Positions 20,208 through 30,434 of a DNA stretch of 64,000 nucleotides are shown here, one piece after another. The translations under genes and the position numbers were made by a program. The stretch lies in contig OZ244587.1 of assembly GCA_965218095.1 (NCBI GenBank), positions 6,272,001 to 6,336,000 on the forward strand. The letters run 5' to 3'. The notes under the pieces are model-generated. The model was not told where the DNA came from and ran no database searches. It saw only the letters and a list, made by a program, of their open reading frames with translations. The DNA comes from Candidatus Poribacteria bacterium. GTDB lineage: Bacteria; Poribacteria; WGA-4E; PCPOR2b. How positions within the stretch are numbered: position 1 is the stretch's first letter; every line of letters begins with the position of its first letter.

Positions 20208-21302
20208 TTAGACACTTTTCATGCACCGCGAAATCGCTTTGGTGATTGTTGCATCGGCCACATCGTCGAGGATAACCACTTCACCGATCCGTGTCGGCAG
20301 GATGAGCTGTAACTTCCCGCCCTTTGCCTTCTTGTCGAGGAACATTGTGTCAATGAGTTCCACAGATTGAATCTCTGGCGGAAAATGCACAGGGAGCGGC
20401 ACACGTTGCAAGAGATTTCTTTGCCGTTCCCAATCCGCTGCATCTAGCATGCCCAAATTGACAGCGAGTTGCGCGGCACAGTTCATGCCGATTGCAACCG
20501 CTTCACCGTGTCGGTAGGTGTTGTAATCCGTCAACGTTTCGAGCGCATGACCGAAGGTATGCCCATAGTTCAGTGTCGCCCGTAGTCCGCTATCTTTCTC
20601 ATCACTCGCCACGACACGCGCTTTGTCCGCACACGATTGCGCAACAATATCAATTAGGATCGACGCCTCCAAATCAAGGATTTCCTCAAGATTTGCCTCT
20701 ATCTGCTCGAACAACGGGGCATCCATAATTACGCCGTGCTTGATAATTTCGACGAGTCCCGACCGAATTTCAGGCGGCGGCAATGTCTGCAAAGTCGTTA
20801 CATCAATGAGAACTAATCTGGGTTGATGAAACGCACCGATAAGGTTTTTGCCCTTCGGGTGATTGATCGCCGTTTTGCCGCCAACGCTGGCATCGACCTG
20901 AGCCTGTAACGTCGTTGGGACCTGAACATACGAGATGCCGCGCATATACGTTGCAGCGACGAAGCCGGCGAGGTCTCCAATGACCCCGCCGCCCAGTGCG
21001 ATCAGGGTTGAAGCCCTATCCATGCGATAGTCGATTAGTTGATCATGCAGTTTGGCAAACCACTCGAAGGACTTATGTTCCTCACCAGCAGGAACTTCAA
21101 CGATACGTGGATCAAATCCAGCCTTCGATAAGCTGCCCAACACCGTTCCACCGTAGCGTTTGCTCACAAATGTGTCGGCAACAATAATCACCCTCGGCGA
21201 TTTTGCTTTCGGCTTTAATAATCCTCCAAGCTGATTCAGGAGACCTTGATCGACAATGATCGGATAGCTATTTTCGCCAAGTTCAACGTGAATGGATCGC
21301 AT
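20208..21302 (-). CDS. aroB: 3-dehydroquinate synthase
   Basis: ALGGGVIGDLAGFVAATYMRG, PTTL.AQVDASVGGKT, LNYGHTFGHA, HGEAV. Confidence 0.97.
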   Translation of the reverse strand: MRSIHVELGENSYPIIVDQGLLNQLGGLLKPKAKSPRVIIVADTFVSKRYGGTVLGSLSKAGFDPRIVEVPAGEEHKSFEWFAKLHDQLIDYRMDRASTLIALGGGVIGDLAGFVAATYMRGISYVQVPTTLQAQVDASVGGKTAINHPKGKNLIGAFHQPRLVLIDVTTLQTLPPPEIRSGLVEIIKHGVIMDAPLFEQIEANLEEILDLEASILIDIVAQSCADKARVVASDEKDSGLRATLNYGHTFGHALETLTDYNTYRHGEAVAIGMNCAAQLAVNLGMLDAADWERQRNLLQRVPLPVHFPPEIQSVELIDTMFLDKKAKGGKLQLILPTRIGEVVILDDVADATITKAISRCMKSV

Positions 21303-21801
21303 GCCGGAATACCTCTACAATTTTATCAACGACCTCTTCAATCGATACTCCTGTTGTCGGGATGTCATAATCGGCCCGAGCGTAATATGGCGCGCGTTCT
21401 GTAAGCATCTGCTGAATCTTGCCTAACGGGTCGGGAGCTTGAAGCAGTGGACGGTGGGGTTCATGCCCAACACGTCGCCAAATCTCCTCTGGCGTCGCTG
21501 TTAAGCAGAAGACGACGCTGCTACATTTGAGCATCTCCAGATTGGATCTCCGAAGGACAACGCCGCCACCAGTTGAGATGACGTGATTGTCTAAAGCTGT
21601 CACCTTGCAAATGGCTGCACTCTCTAAATCCCGGAAGTAGGATTCATCGTGTTGAGCGAAGGTCTCAGCGATGGTCATGCCACTGTCATGCTTGATTACA
21701 GCATCCGTATCAATCAGTGGCATCTCTAGACGTTCAGCAAGTTTCTGCCCAACCGAGGTTTTGCCCGTTCCCATGAAGCCAACCAGGACAATGTTCGGCA
21801 C
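21283..21801 (-). CDS. aroK: Shikimate kinase
   Basis: GTG start after GGAGG; GFMGTGKTSVG P-loop, FRDLE, STGGG, RPLL. Confidence 0.95.
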   Translation of the reverse strand: MPNIVLVGFMGTGKTSVGQKLAERLEMPLIDTDAVIKHDSGMTIAETFAQHDESYFRDLESAAICKVTALDNHVISTGGGVVLRRSNLEMLKCSSVVFCLTATPEEIWRRVGHEPHRPLLQAPDPLGKIQQMLTERAPYYARADYDIPTTGVSIEEVVDKIVEVFRHAIHSR

Positions 21802-22073
21802 GTATTCCCCCCTCCCCTGCAAGGGTATTAAGTATACACTTGTTGCGGGAGATTGTAAAGCATTTTCCTCGCTTTTCGTTACTCTATAGGAGCAGATAGT
21901 GTGTCTACCTGAATTTGAGGCAATCGGAGGCACCCCTGAAATCGACTCCCTCCGTTCAAAGGCGTATGAACGCGATTGGTTGGTGTGAGTGAGCACAAAA
22001 GCATACTCAGGAGTCAGAATTACATCCCCAGGCAAGGCCTTTGCCGGCAGATTGGTAAAAAGATACAGCCAAG

Positions 22074-22658
22074 CTAACTCGCCGTTTGATGCGCGGCGAG
22101 CCTCATCTGATTAGGAACGCTCTCCTTGATTAGCTTGACGAGCTCTTCGCCGTGTGTTTGCACATTCACACTACGATCAATCGCACGGATATATCCTACC
22201 TTGTCGATGACGAATGTCACACGGCTAGAAGCCTGGATTTCTTCCCTGATACCGCTATAGATTTTGCTGACAGCGAATTCTGTGTCGGCGAGCAGTGGAA
22301 AGCCAAATTGTTCTTGCTCTTGAAACTTCTTATGTGATGCCTCGTCATCAACACTAACGCCCAAAACAACCGTGTCAGTGGCTTGAATCTGGCTCAACTC
22401 ATCCCGGAGTGAACGGAGTTCTGCCGTTCAGCCACGGGTGAAGTCTTTGGGGTAAAATGCTAGGACGACATTCTTCTGGCCGAGGTAATCGCGCAGGCTA
22501 TGTTCGACGTGGTTTCCATCGTTCAGTGTGAAATCTGGCGCCGCCATGCCAACTTTCAGTGATTTGAAGACTCCCATCTGTTTCCCCTTCGCGCTTATGG
22601 CGCTGATAGTCGTAAGTGTAACAGCAATCATGATCAATAACATTGAAACGCGTAACAT
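22074..22658 (-). CDS. Exported peroxiredoxin (AhpC/Bcp family), probable selenoprotein (UGA 22428-22430 at peroxidatic Cys)
   Basis: Signal peptide; G..APDFTL..VVLAFYPKDFTRG-TGA-TAELRSLRD in frame with GVSVD..SHKKF..FPLLAD..RVTFVID. Confidence 0.85.
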
Positions 22659-22682
22659 TGTGTGTCTCCTCCAATCTACCTG

Positions 22683-23231
22683 TCATCTGTTCCCGCCGGT
22701 TGAATTTTGCCTTCTTCCCCCAGTTTCGTGCCGATCTTCATCGTTTTCGTTTCCAGGAAACCAAATAGCCTGTAACGTTCCGTTGCGGTGACCGTAAATT
22801 GCAGCGGCATATCCCCATAATAGGTCCTTAAAGTCAGTGTTGACGAAGAAGCGGTAAGTAACCATCTCATGCTTATCTACGGCAATCTTAGCGAATTGGG
22901 GATGCCTTCGTTGCAGATTATTTCCGTCGACCACACCGATTAGCAGCACGCCACTTTGATTATTTTTCACTTTCACTGAAACTGTTTCCGCATCTGCTGA
23001 ACCGATATTTTTTATCGAAAATCTGAGATAGAAATCTTCGTTGAGCGGATTTGACCATTCGGTGAACGAGAGCGATCCAAAGCCGTAAAATTCACCAGGA
23101 TCAACGTGGATGTATTTGGAATATTCCGTAAAAGATTGCCATTTGGCTGCGTCAAAGCCATCTGCAAGCACAGTGCTACCGGCCATCATGATTGCAGCAG
23201 CAACCATAATTAAACAAGTTCTTGCATGCAT
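22683..23231 (-). CDS. Hypothetical secreted protein
   Basis: Open frame with signal-peptide-like N-terminus (CLIMVAAAIMMAGSTVLA). Confidence 0.55.
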   Translation of the reverse strand: MHARTCLIMVAAAIMMAGSTVLADGFDAAKWQSFTEYSKYIHVDPGEFYGFGSLSFTEWSNPLNEDFYLRFSIKNIGSADAETVSVKVKNNQSGVLLIGVVDGNNLQRRHPQFAKIAVDKHEMVTYRFFVNTDFKDLLWGYAAAIYGHRNGTLQAIWFPGNENDEDRHETGGRRQNSTGGNR

Positions 23232-23520
23232 GTTTTCGTTATCCTTTTGTGGCGACGAATGACACACGATATGGAAGATCATTCATCGTTGCCATACCTC
23301 TTTCCCATATAAGCTTTTTGTGGTATTGACTCATCTCCTCCCTGTTGTTCTGCATTTTGCTTCGTTCAACCTCCTGTCTCTGGGCGTTCACCGGCGTCGG
23401 GTATTGTGTCATTTCCAATGTTCTATGACGGCACAACTTGATAGTCAATCTACTTTCTGGAATTATACCAATCTCCACCGCAACCGTCAAGATCAGATTT
23501 ACGCTGGAATACTTCATTAT

Positions 23521-23605
23521 GTCATTCTGAGGCCCCTTCGCTTCGCTCAAGAGCCCAATAGATTAGGATTTCGCTGCGTCAACCTGTCCTGAACGTAGCG
23601 AAAGA
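23521..23605. repeat. Palindromic REP-like repeat remnants
   Basis: GTCATTCTGAGGCCCCTTCGCTTCGCTCA ... CCTGTCCTGAACGTAGCGAA; intergenic and partly complementary. Confidence 0.45.
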
Positions 23606-23631
23606 AAAAACTTCAGGAAGAATCTTAACTC

Positions 23632-24659
23632 CTAGCTCGTTGTCCATGTAAACACAACCTTGCCACTTCGTGAGCTGTCAGCAACCTGGTAGGCTTCAGC
23701 GCCATCTGCAATGATGAACGGATGTGTTACGATTGGTGTAAACGAAAGCTTTCGTCGATCCAGGAAATTGACAAGGTCATAGGATTGCTGGAGCGGCAAG
23801 ACGAAAGACCCCATCAGTGTCAATTCCCGATTGATAATCTCGGTTGGATTGATTACGCGCTCGTCATTCCCGATGCCGACAAAAGCAGCTTTCCCACCAC
23901 GTCGGAAGCACTTCACGGCATTTATTCGACCCGATGGGCCGCCTGACGCCTCGAAGGCGAGGTCACACCCATCAGCTCCAGCGATGTCACGGATAACATT
24001 GTGCGTATTCTCTTTCTGTGCGTTAATCCCGACGTCTGCGCCAATCTGTTTTGCCAGATTGACGCGCTCATCAATAACGTCTACGCCGATAACGTATCCG
24101 CCCATCGCCGTTGCCAGCAGCACGCCGCTCAACCCGACAGGGCCCAGCCCAAAACCGCGAGCGTTGTGTTTCCCGACACATCGAGTTTCCGCATGGCAGA
24201 ATAAGCAGTCCCGCCGGCACAGGCAATAAATGCGCCATCGGTGAAGCTCACTGACTTCGGCATGACCACACAGTTGCGCTCATCGGCGAGCATGAAATCG
24301 GCATGTGAACCGTCAATGGGACCACCGTAACCTCTGGTCTCAGGACACCACTGAAAATATCCAGCCGCACAGTGTTTGCAATGCCCACAGCCACGATAGT
24401 GGTTAATGCAAACCCGGTCGCCAACTTTAATGCGGTTCACGCCCTCACTGATTGCCTCAACCACACCACTTGGCTCATGACCGGGGATGCGATTTTCTCG
24501 TCCTTTGAAGTGCTCAGCACTGCGACGATAGATGTGCAGGTCGCTCCCGCAGATGCCCGTTGTTTTCATACGGACAAGCACTTCCCCAAAGCCCGGTTCC
24601 GGATCAGGAAAGTCTTTGACTATTGCTTTTCGATCTCCTAAAAAAACGACCCCTTTCAT
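23632..24659 (-). pseudogene. Zn-dependent alcohol dehydrogenase with single-base frameshift in GxGxxG
   Basis: GICGSDLH, GHEPSG, CGHCKHC..C; adding one T at GTTTTGGG (~24152) restores VFGLGPVGLSG. Confidence 0.85.
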
Positions 24660-24697
24660 CGAATCTCCTTTTCAAGTTGAGAAGGTTGGTGAAACTT

Positions 24698-25534
24698 CTA
24701 CTGTTGCTTTTTCTTCGGCGGTAGAATTCGTCTCTTGATCTGCTGGAATCGAGAAGAATCCCTCCTCAGATTGGATTTGGGCGGCAGGGCTGCGATTCGC
24801 GAACGGACATTGATGATCCGTTCATCAGTCGGCGGATGTGTCGAAAAGATCTGTTCGATTTGAGACGGTTGATTTTTCTGCAATTTGAGGAGTTTTTCAA
24901 AAAATGTCGCTATCCCTTCGGGATGGATGCCCGCGTCGTACATCTCCTGAACGGCGTATTCATCGGCTTCCGTCTCATCGTCACGACTGTACTTTATTAG
25001 CGTTCCCGTTGTGACAATGCCGGCGACTATTTTCTCTATTTGGTTTTGATCTTTTCCTAAGACGAGCTCCACCATCGCCGAAAGCCCGAGCTGCTTGGTC
25101 AACTGCTCGGCGCCGTGCTTCCCAACAACGTGACCAATTTCATGTGCGATTACCCCCGCCAACTCGGACTCAGTTTCCGAAGCGCGAATAAGCCCTAGAT
25201 TGACGTAGAGATAGCCGCCCGGCAGTGCGAAAGCATTTACCACATCTGTATCAACGACCTTGAAGTGGTAGGTGATGCCCTTCCGCTTAGAATGCTTCGC
25301 CAAGTACTGTCCGAGCTCAACGATATACGTGGTAACGACAGGGTCCTGGTAGACCTGGATCTCTTTTTCAATCTGTCCAGAAAAGTTTTTGCCAAGCTGA
25401 ATCTCTTCCTGATCGGTAAAGAGGTTGATTTGGCTCACTACGCCGCAGCCGATGAGTCCGCTGACCGTCATGACGAGGAACGCGAGATAGATAATAGACT
25501 TAATTGTTTGAGTAATTGGATAGTATTTTCGCAT
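24698..25534 (-). CDS. M48 family metallopeptidase (BepA/YfgC-like lipoprotein)
   Basis: Lipobox LIGC; NAFALPGG, AHEIGH, YSRDDETEAD, STHP. Confidence 0.92.
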   Translation of the reverse strand: MRKYYPITQTIKSIIYLAFLVMTVSGLIGCGVVSQINLFTDQEEIQLGKNFSGQIEKEIQVYQDPVVTTYIVELGQYLAKHSKRKGITYHFKVVDTDVVNAFALPGGYLYVNLGLIRASETESELAGVIAHEIGHVVGKHGAEQLTKQLGLSAMVELVLGKDQNQIEKIVAGIVTTGTLIKYSRDDETEADEYAVQEMYDAGIHPEGIATFFEKLLKLQKNQPSQIEQIFSTHPPTDERIINVRSRIAALPPKSNLRRDSSRFQQIKRRILPPKKKQQ

Positions 25535-25592
25535 AAGGTTATTCAGAGACTTCTCTTTGCAGTGGATTTTAGATAGGTTTTATCGTAGCGCC

Positions 25593-26320
25593 TTAATCCT
25601 TTGCATCCCATAAGCTGTCAAAAAATGCCTTAAACCATTCCTGTTCACGAGCGCTGTCCAGATCCGCATTGTTTTCCAGATGTTCACGGCCACGGGGAGG
25701 CAATGTCCCAAGATCACGGTTCTTTTCCAACCATTTCCGACATTCGGTTTCCTCGTCACGGAGAGCGTGTGTGCACGCAAGGTTGTACACGCCACTTTCT
25801 GGCGAAATTTCTTCGGCGCGAAGAAGTTTCTCTTCCGCTTCGGCGAGCAGCCAATCTGCTTCTTCACCGGTCTTGGTCTCCGCCTGGTCTGGAATGTCAG
25901 CAGGCTTGAAATACTGAGAGGTTGCAAAGTCGTATATAGCAGGAAACACTTCGACCATTGCACACGCCCTGGCAACAAGCTAATCAAAATTGGTCATCAG
26001 GACCGGATCGATGTAGCCTTCCTTCATGAGTTGCGCGATCCTAATATGCGCCCAGTTAAGCTTCGCCTGGTCCACATAGTCAGCGATGAGGTCCCGTCTT
26101 TGCCCCGGCGCAAGTTCAGCTATGCAATTTGCGTACGTTTTTTCTTTTGCCCGATGATATGCCTGGGAAGATTCCTCTTCGATATCAACAATATCGTTAG
26201 CCGTGGGAATTCCAGCCTTGACGGAACACCCAGCCCCAATCAGCAGGGTACATTTTCGTCCCCGATTTTTACGTTTTTCAGCGTGTCAACAATGTCTTCT
26301 ATCGTTTGTTGTATATCCAA
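25593..26320 (-). pseudogene. SIR2-like domain plus TPR-like C-terminus, degraded (frameshift, TAG at 25980-25982, probable internal deletion)
   Basis: CTLLIGAGCSVKAGIPTA...NWAH..IAQLMKEGY..VLMTNFD*LVARAC; C-terminal YNLACTHAL. Confidence 0.75.
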
Positions 26321-26360
26321 ATATCTCTTTCCTGGTTCAAAATCAGGGATAGTAGATGCC

Positions 26361-27635
26361 TCACCCTTCTGTTAACGACGCCAAAACACCGTAGAAAGTC
26401 GGGAAGGTTTTGCTCACACAACCCGGATCTTTAATCCGAATCCCCGGCGACTTCAATCCAATCAGCGAAAAACTCATGGCAACGCGGTGGTCTTGATATG
26501 TATCGATTTCCGCCGGCGTGATCTTTGACGGTGAAATTTCGACGCCGTCCTGACGCTCGACAACTGGGACGCCAAGTTTGCGTAGTTCCGTAACCATTGC
26601 GTGGATACGATCTGTCTCCTGATGACGAGTGTGTTCGATATTTCGGATGATCACCTTGCTCTCCGCAAACGGGGCAATCGCGGCAAGGGTCAACGAGGTG
26701 TCAGAGATTGCTTTCATGTCAAGGTCAATTCCTTTGAGGTGATTTGGCCCAATCACTTCTATCCCATCATCGTATCGGTTGACTTGACAACCCATCTGTT
26801 CTAGCACATCAACAAAATGGAGGTCGCCCTGCGTGGAATCCATACTGATATTGTTCACACGGACACGCCCCCCGGTGATGGCAGCGATGGCGAAGAAATA
26901 GGAGGCGTTGGAAGCGTCAGGCTCGATTGGGTACTCGCGCAGCTGGTAACGTTGTCCACCCTCAACATGAAAGGATTTGTAGTTATCGTGGGTCACGTCT
27001 ACGCCGAACGCTTTCATCACTGACATCGTGATGTCAATGTACGGCGTCTTCATTTCTCCGACGACGTCAATCGCCATCCCTTCTTCCGCATATGGGGCGA
27101 CGAGCATCAGCGAGGTCAAGAACTGACTACTTTTGCTGGCGTCCAGTCGAGTTTTCCCACCTTTGAGTCCGTTTGCCCGAACGATTAGCGGCAGGAAGTC
27201 GTTGTCGAATTTTGAACGAACATTGACTCCTAATTGTCTGAGCGCGTCAAGCAAATCAGCGATTGGACGACTACGACGCATCGGCTCGTCCCCATCAATG
27301 AGGTATTCGCCATCGCCAAGCGCGACATAGCTCACAAGCGAGCGTGATGTCGTTCCTGAATTGCCGATGTAAAGTTCAGCGAGATTGACGGGAATTTTGC
27401 CGCCATTGCCGACAACTTCAAACGTACATCGTTCTTCGTCGGCATCGATCTCAACCTCGAGTTTCCGCAAAGCCTCACACATATAGCGAGTGTCGTCGCT
27501 GAAAAGTGCGCCTGTCAGCCGTGAACGCCCTTCAGCGAGCGCGGCAACCAGCAACGCCCTATTGGTGTAGCTTTTAGAGCCGGGTGCCGTTACGGTGGCA
27601 TCAATAGCCTTTTGGACGGGTTGGATTTCGATCAT
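26361..27635 (-). CDS. aroA: 3-phosphoshikimate 1-carboxyvinyltransferase
   Basis: PGSKSYTNRAL, GNSGT, SSQFLT, DASNA, RHQETDRI, DHRVAM, CVSKTFP. Confidence 0.97.
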   Translation of the reverse strand: MIEIQPVQKAIDATVTAPGSKSYTNRALLVAALAEGRSRLTGALFSDDTRYMCEALRKLEVEIDADEERCTFEVVGNGGKIPVNLAELYIGNSGTTSRSLVSYVALGDGEYLIDGDEPMRRSRPIADLLDALRQLGVNVRSKFDNDFLPLIVRANGLKGGKTRLDASKSSQFLTSLMLVAPYAEEGMAIDVVGEMKTPYIDITMSVMKAFGVDVTHDNYKSFHVEGGQRYQLREYPIEPDASNASYFFAIAAITGGRVRVNNISMDSTQGDLHFVDVLEQMGCQVNRYDDGIEVIGPNHLKGIDLDMKAISDTSLTLAAIAPFAESKVIIRNIEHTRHQETDRIHAMVTELRKLGVPVVERQDGVEISPSKITPAEIDTYQDHRVAMSFSLIGLKSPGIRIKDPGCVSKTFPTFYGVLASLTEG

Positions 27636-27951
27636 CGACTTTATCGAACTTCCTATCTGCTTTTTCAGGTCCAATATCGTTCTCATATTCAAGCACAAGT
27701 CCGACATCTACGGGTTGAGTTCCACAATACTTTATCCAAGTCATATCATATAACCATTCCCCACGATCGCCTTTGTACTTTTTCGCCACACAAACATAGT
27801 AGCCGTTCTTTTTCCCAACACAACGGAGCCGAGTCATAACCCCCTTTGTCCAGGGTTCCGTTGGCGCATTGTACCTGAGATCCAGGTTTTTTACAGCATA
27901 CGCCTCAAATGCTTTCAGGGTCGTCTGAACACTTTCGGATACTGTCATCAT
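27601..27951 (-). CDS. Hypothetical protein, PD-(D/E)XK-like, probably truncated
   Basis: EWLYDMTW...LVLEYE...DRKFDK pattern; 3' end overlaps aroA start. Confidence 0.45.
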   Translation of the reverse strand: MMTVSESVQTTLKAFEAYAVKNLDLRYNAPTEPWTKGVMTRLRCVGKKNGYYVCVAKKYKGDRGEWLYDMTWIKYCGTQPVDVGLVLEYENDIGPEKADRKFDKVDDRNPTRPKGY

Positions 27952-28020
27952 ATAAACACACCTTTCATTTTAGTTTAAGATTTGTTACTCCCCTTTCGGG
28001 TAAAAGTCTGATAAGCCCCC

Positions 28021-29571
28021 TTACAGGACATTCCCATTACCGCATCCGTCCCTCAATAATCTCCTTAAAGCAGACCGGGCCTCTATGTTCCCTCGTTCAG
28101 CCGCTTTGCGAAACCACTTAACTGCCTCCACATCGTCCTGAACGACCTGATCACCATTTGCATACATCACACCGAGGTTATACTGTGCCTCGGCATGTCC
28201 TTGTTCAGCCGCTTTACTAAACCAGTTAAACGCCTGTGCATAGTCTTGGTCAACGCCCCTACCATTTGCATATATCCAACCGCGGTGAGTATACACTTGG
28301 CAAAGGTTATTCTGTGCGGTGGTACTACCTTGTTGGACGGCTTGGCTAAACCAGTTGATTGCTTCGTCATAGTCTTGGTCAACACCTATGCCATTTGCAT
28401 ACATCACGCCAATGTTATTCTGTGCAGTGGTATCACCTCGTTGAGCGGCTTCTTGATAATGCCAGAACGTTCTCACATTGTTCCGACCAAAGCCGCCAAT
28501 GTTATTCTGTGCAGGAATTTGGTTTTGTTCGGTGGCTCTGTAATCCAGCCTAACTGCCTCCACATCGTCCGTATCAATTTGCGGGCTTCTTGCAGGAGGT
28601 ACACCAACCCTCGCAGACAGCACACTAAGATTAGCCTGGGCACCGGCGTGTCCTTGTTCAGCCGCTTTTCGATACTATTTGATTGCCTCCGCATAGTCTT
28701 GAGCACCAACGCCTTTGACATATTGATACCTCCAGCCAAGAGTATGCTGTGCATCGGCATACCCCTGTTCAGCGGCTTTGCGACACCATTTGAGTGCCTC
28801 GCTAGAGTTCTGACTAACACCCCTGCCATGATGATACATCCAACTCAGGTCATATTGGGCTATGGCATGTCCTTGTTCAGCGGCTTTTTGATACCACTCG
28901 ACCGCTTTCTCGTCGTTTTGAATAACGCCCCTGCCATTTGCGTAGCACCAGCCACGGATATAGTATTGGGCTGCGTCATCGCCTTGCTCGGCACGTCGGC
29001 GCAACTCCGTTACTTCGTCCGGCTCCGCGTACCGTCTGTGTTCTTCAGCTTCAATCCGTTCTTGATATTCGCGAACAATTTGTGATGCCGCCCCGCTTGA
29101 GTTACCTTTAAGAAATTCGACCATCATCTGCTCGGCAAGCCCCGCATCAGATCCATTTCCCCTGTTTAGAAAGTGTCGAATAAGGGGAAGGAATTGGTCA
29201 AGCGAATCAGGATAAATTTGGAGTTGGCCAAACAACTGAAAAGCCACGTTGTTCCTTTTGTCTGGATTATCCAATTTTGATAGCAGATAGTCGCAAAATT
29301 TACCGTTGAGCCGGTTTAACTGGTCGGTGGTTTGCGTATCAGGTAGAATCGTTTTAAGATTGGTGCTTTCTTCTTTCCCTTTCAAAAGTGTGTGGTGGTT
29401 TCCACAGAGTGTCAAGCCGTTGTCAAGTTCGGTGGCAAATTCAGGATATTTGTTTAACAGTTTGATGTGGTGGACTTCGAGATTCTTATTAAATCCACAT
29501 TGGCGACAAATATTTTCATCACGCTGTTTGACCTCTCGTCTCCACTGTTGATGTGATCTTATCTGTTGCAT
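28021..29571 (-). pseudogene. HNH endonuclease - helical domain - Sel1 repeat protein with one in-frame TAG (28675-28677)
   Basis: WRREVKQRD..CRQCG..LEVHHI..NGLTLCGNHH; multiple KAAEQG.A.AQ Sel1 repeats; ORFs 28675..29571 and 28021..28623 share a frame, TAG at a Trp position. Confidence 0.85.
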
Positions 29572-29599
29572 AAGGATTCTCCATTTTACTGGTTCAATT

Positions 29600-30420
29600 A
29601 AAAGCTACCTCATTACTGATTCAACTTTGCCCGCAACTCCGCAACCGTCCCCATCCCCTTCGCAGAATTGCAGGTACCACACAACAGCCACAAATTCTCA
29701 AAACGATCCGTCCCCCCTTACTGCGCGGAATCTTGTGATCAATCGTCAGATTCCGAAACGGGAAGAAAATCTTACAGTCCCTACACAAGCCCTCTTGCAG
29801 TCCAAACAGCGTGTGCTTATGGGTTCAGGCGGGTGGTGTGTCGCCCATGTCGGTCCGCTTCGGATAATCGTCGCGGGCGATAATCTCCTCGAACAGCCCC
29901 TGATCATCCTTGATGCGCTTGACGACCAACTCCGCTGCTTTTGGTGAAATGCCAATACCTACTCACCACCGCTGCAACCAATCCGCCGCTCCAATTTTTC
30001 ATCAGAGCGAATAACGATGTTTCCTTTTTGGTATTCCTCCTCCAAGCGTTCTTTGCTCAATCGCCATCCGGATGGATGCGGATTCACGAATCCACGCCAT
30101 TCATAGCAAAGGTTCGGACGATCGCTCATACTTGGTGTCCTCCAAATATGGGTGAAGTCGTTGTAGTACCTATGCTCATTCTCGTCAATGTACTTGAATT
30201 TCTTCGCGATTTCAGATTCTGTCAGTTGTCTTTCTGGACGCAATGATGCGGATGGAGATGCCGCATAATACAGGAGTATATCAGCGTTGTTGCCCCACAG
30301 TGAACTGCCGTGCTGGGACCCTTTTTGCGTAGACGTTGTACGTTTCCATGTTATCTCATTCCTGAAGTTGCGTATTCCAAAAACGCTATCCATCACCAGC
30401 TTCAGATAATCAGGAAAATC
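29600..30420 (-). pseudogene. Eroded DNA methyltransferase-HNH fusion
   Basis: YLKLVMDSVFG..NFRNEITWKR; then AADWLQRW*VGIGISPKAAELV; then QEGLCRDC..LTIDHKIPRSKGG/TDRFENLWLLCGTCNSAKG with stops and frameshifts. Confidence 0.75.
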
Positions 30421-30434
30421 CTTTAAGCCTGATT

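Noticed and set aside
28675-28677. In-frame TAG read-through (pyrrolysine or recoding); also TAGs at 769 and 25980
   Set aside because: At least two of the three (Trp in Sel1, probable Glu in the REase) are single-base changes from the expected codons, and all lie in genes or families with other lesions; many intact genes end in TAG.
28195-29085. 296-aa plus-strand ORF
   Set aside because: Antisense shadow of the Sel1 repeats.
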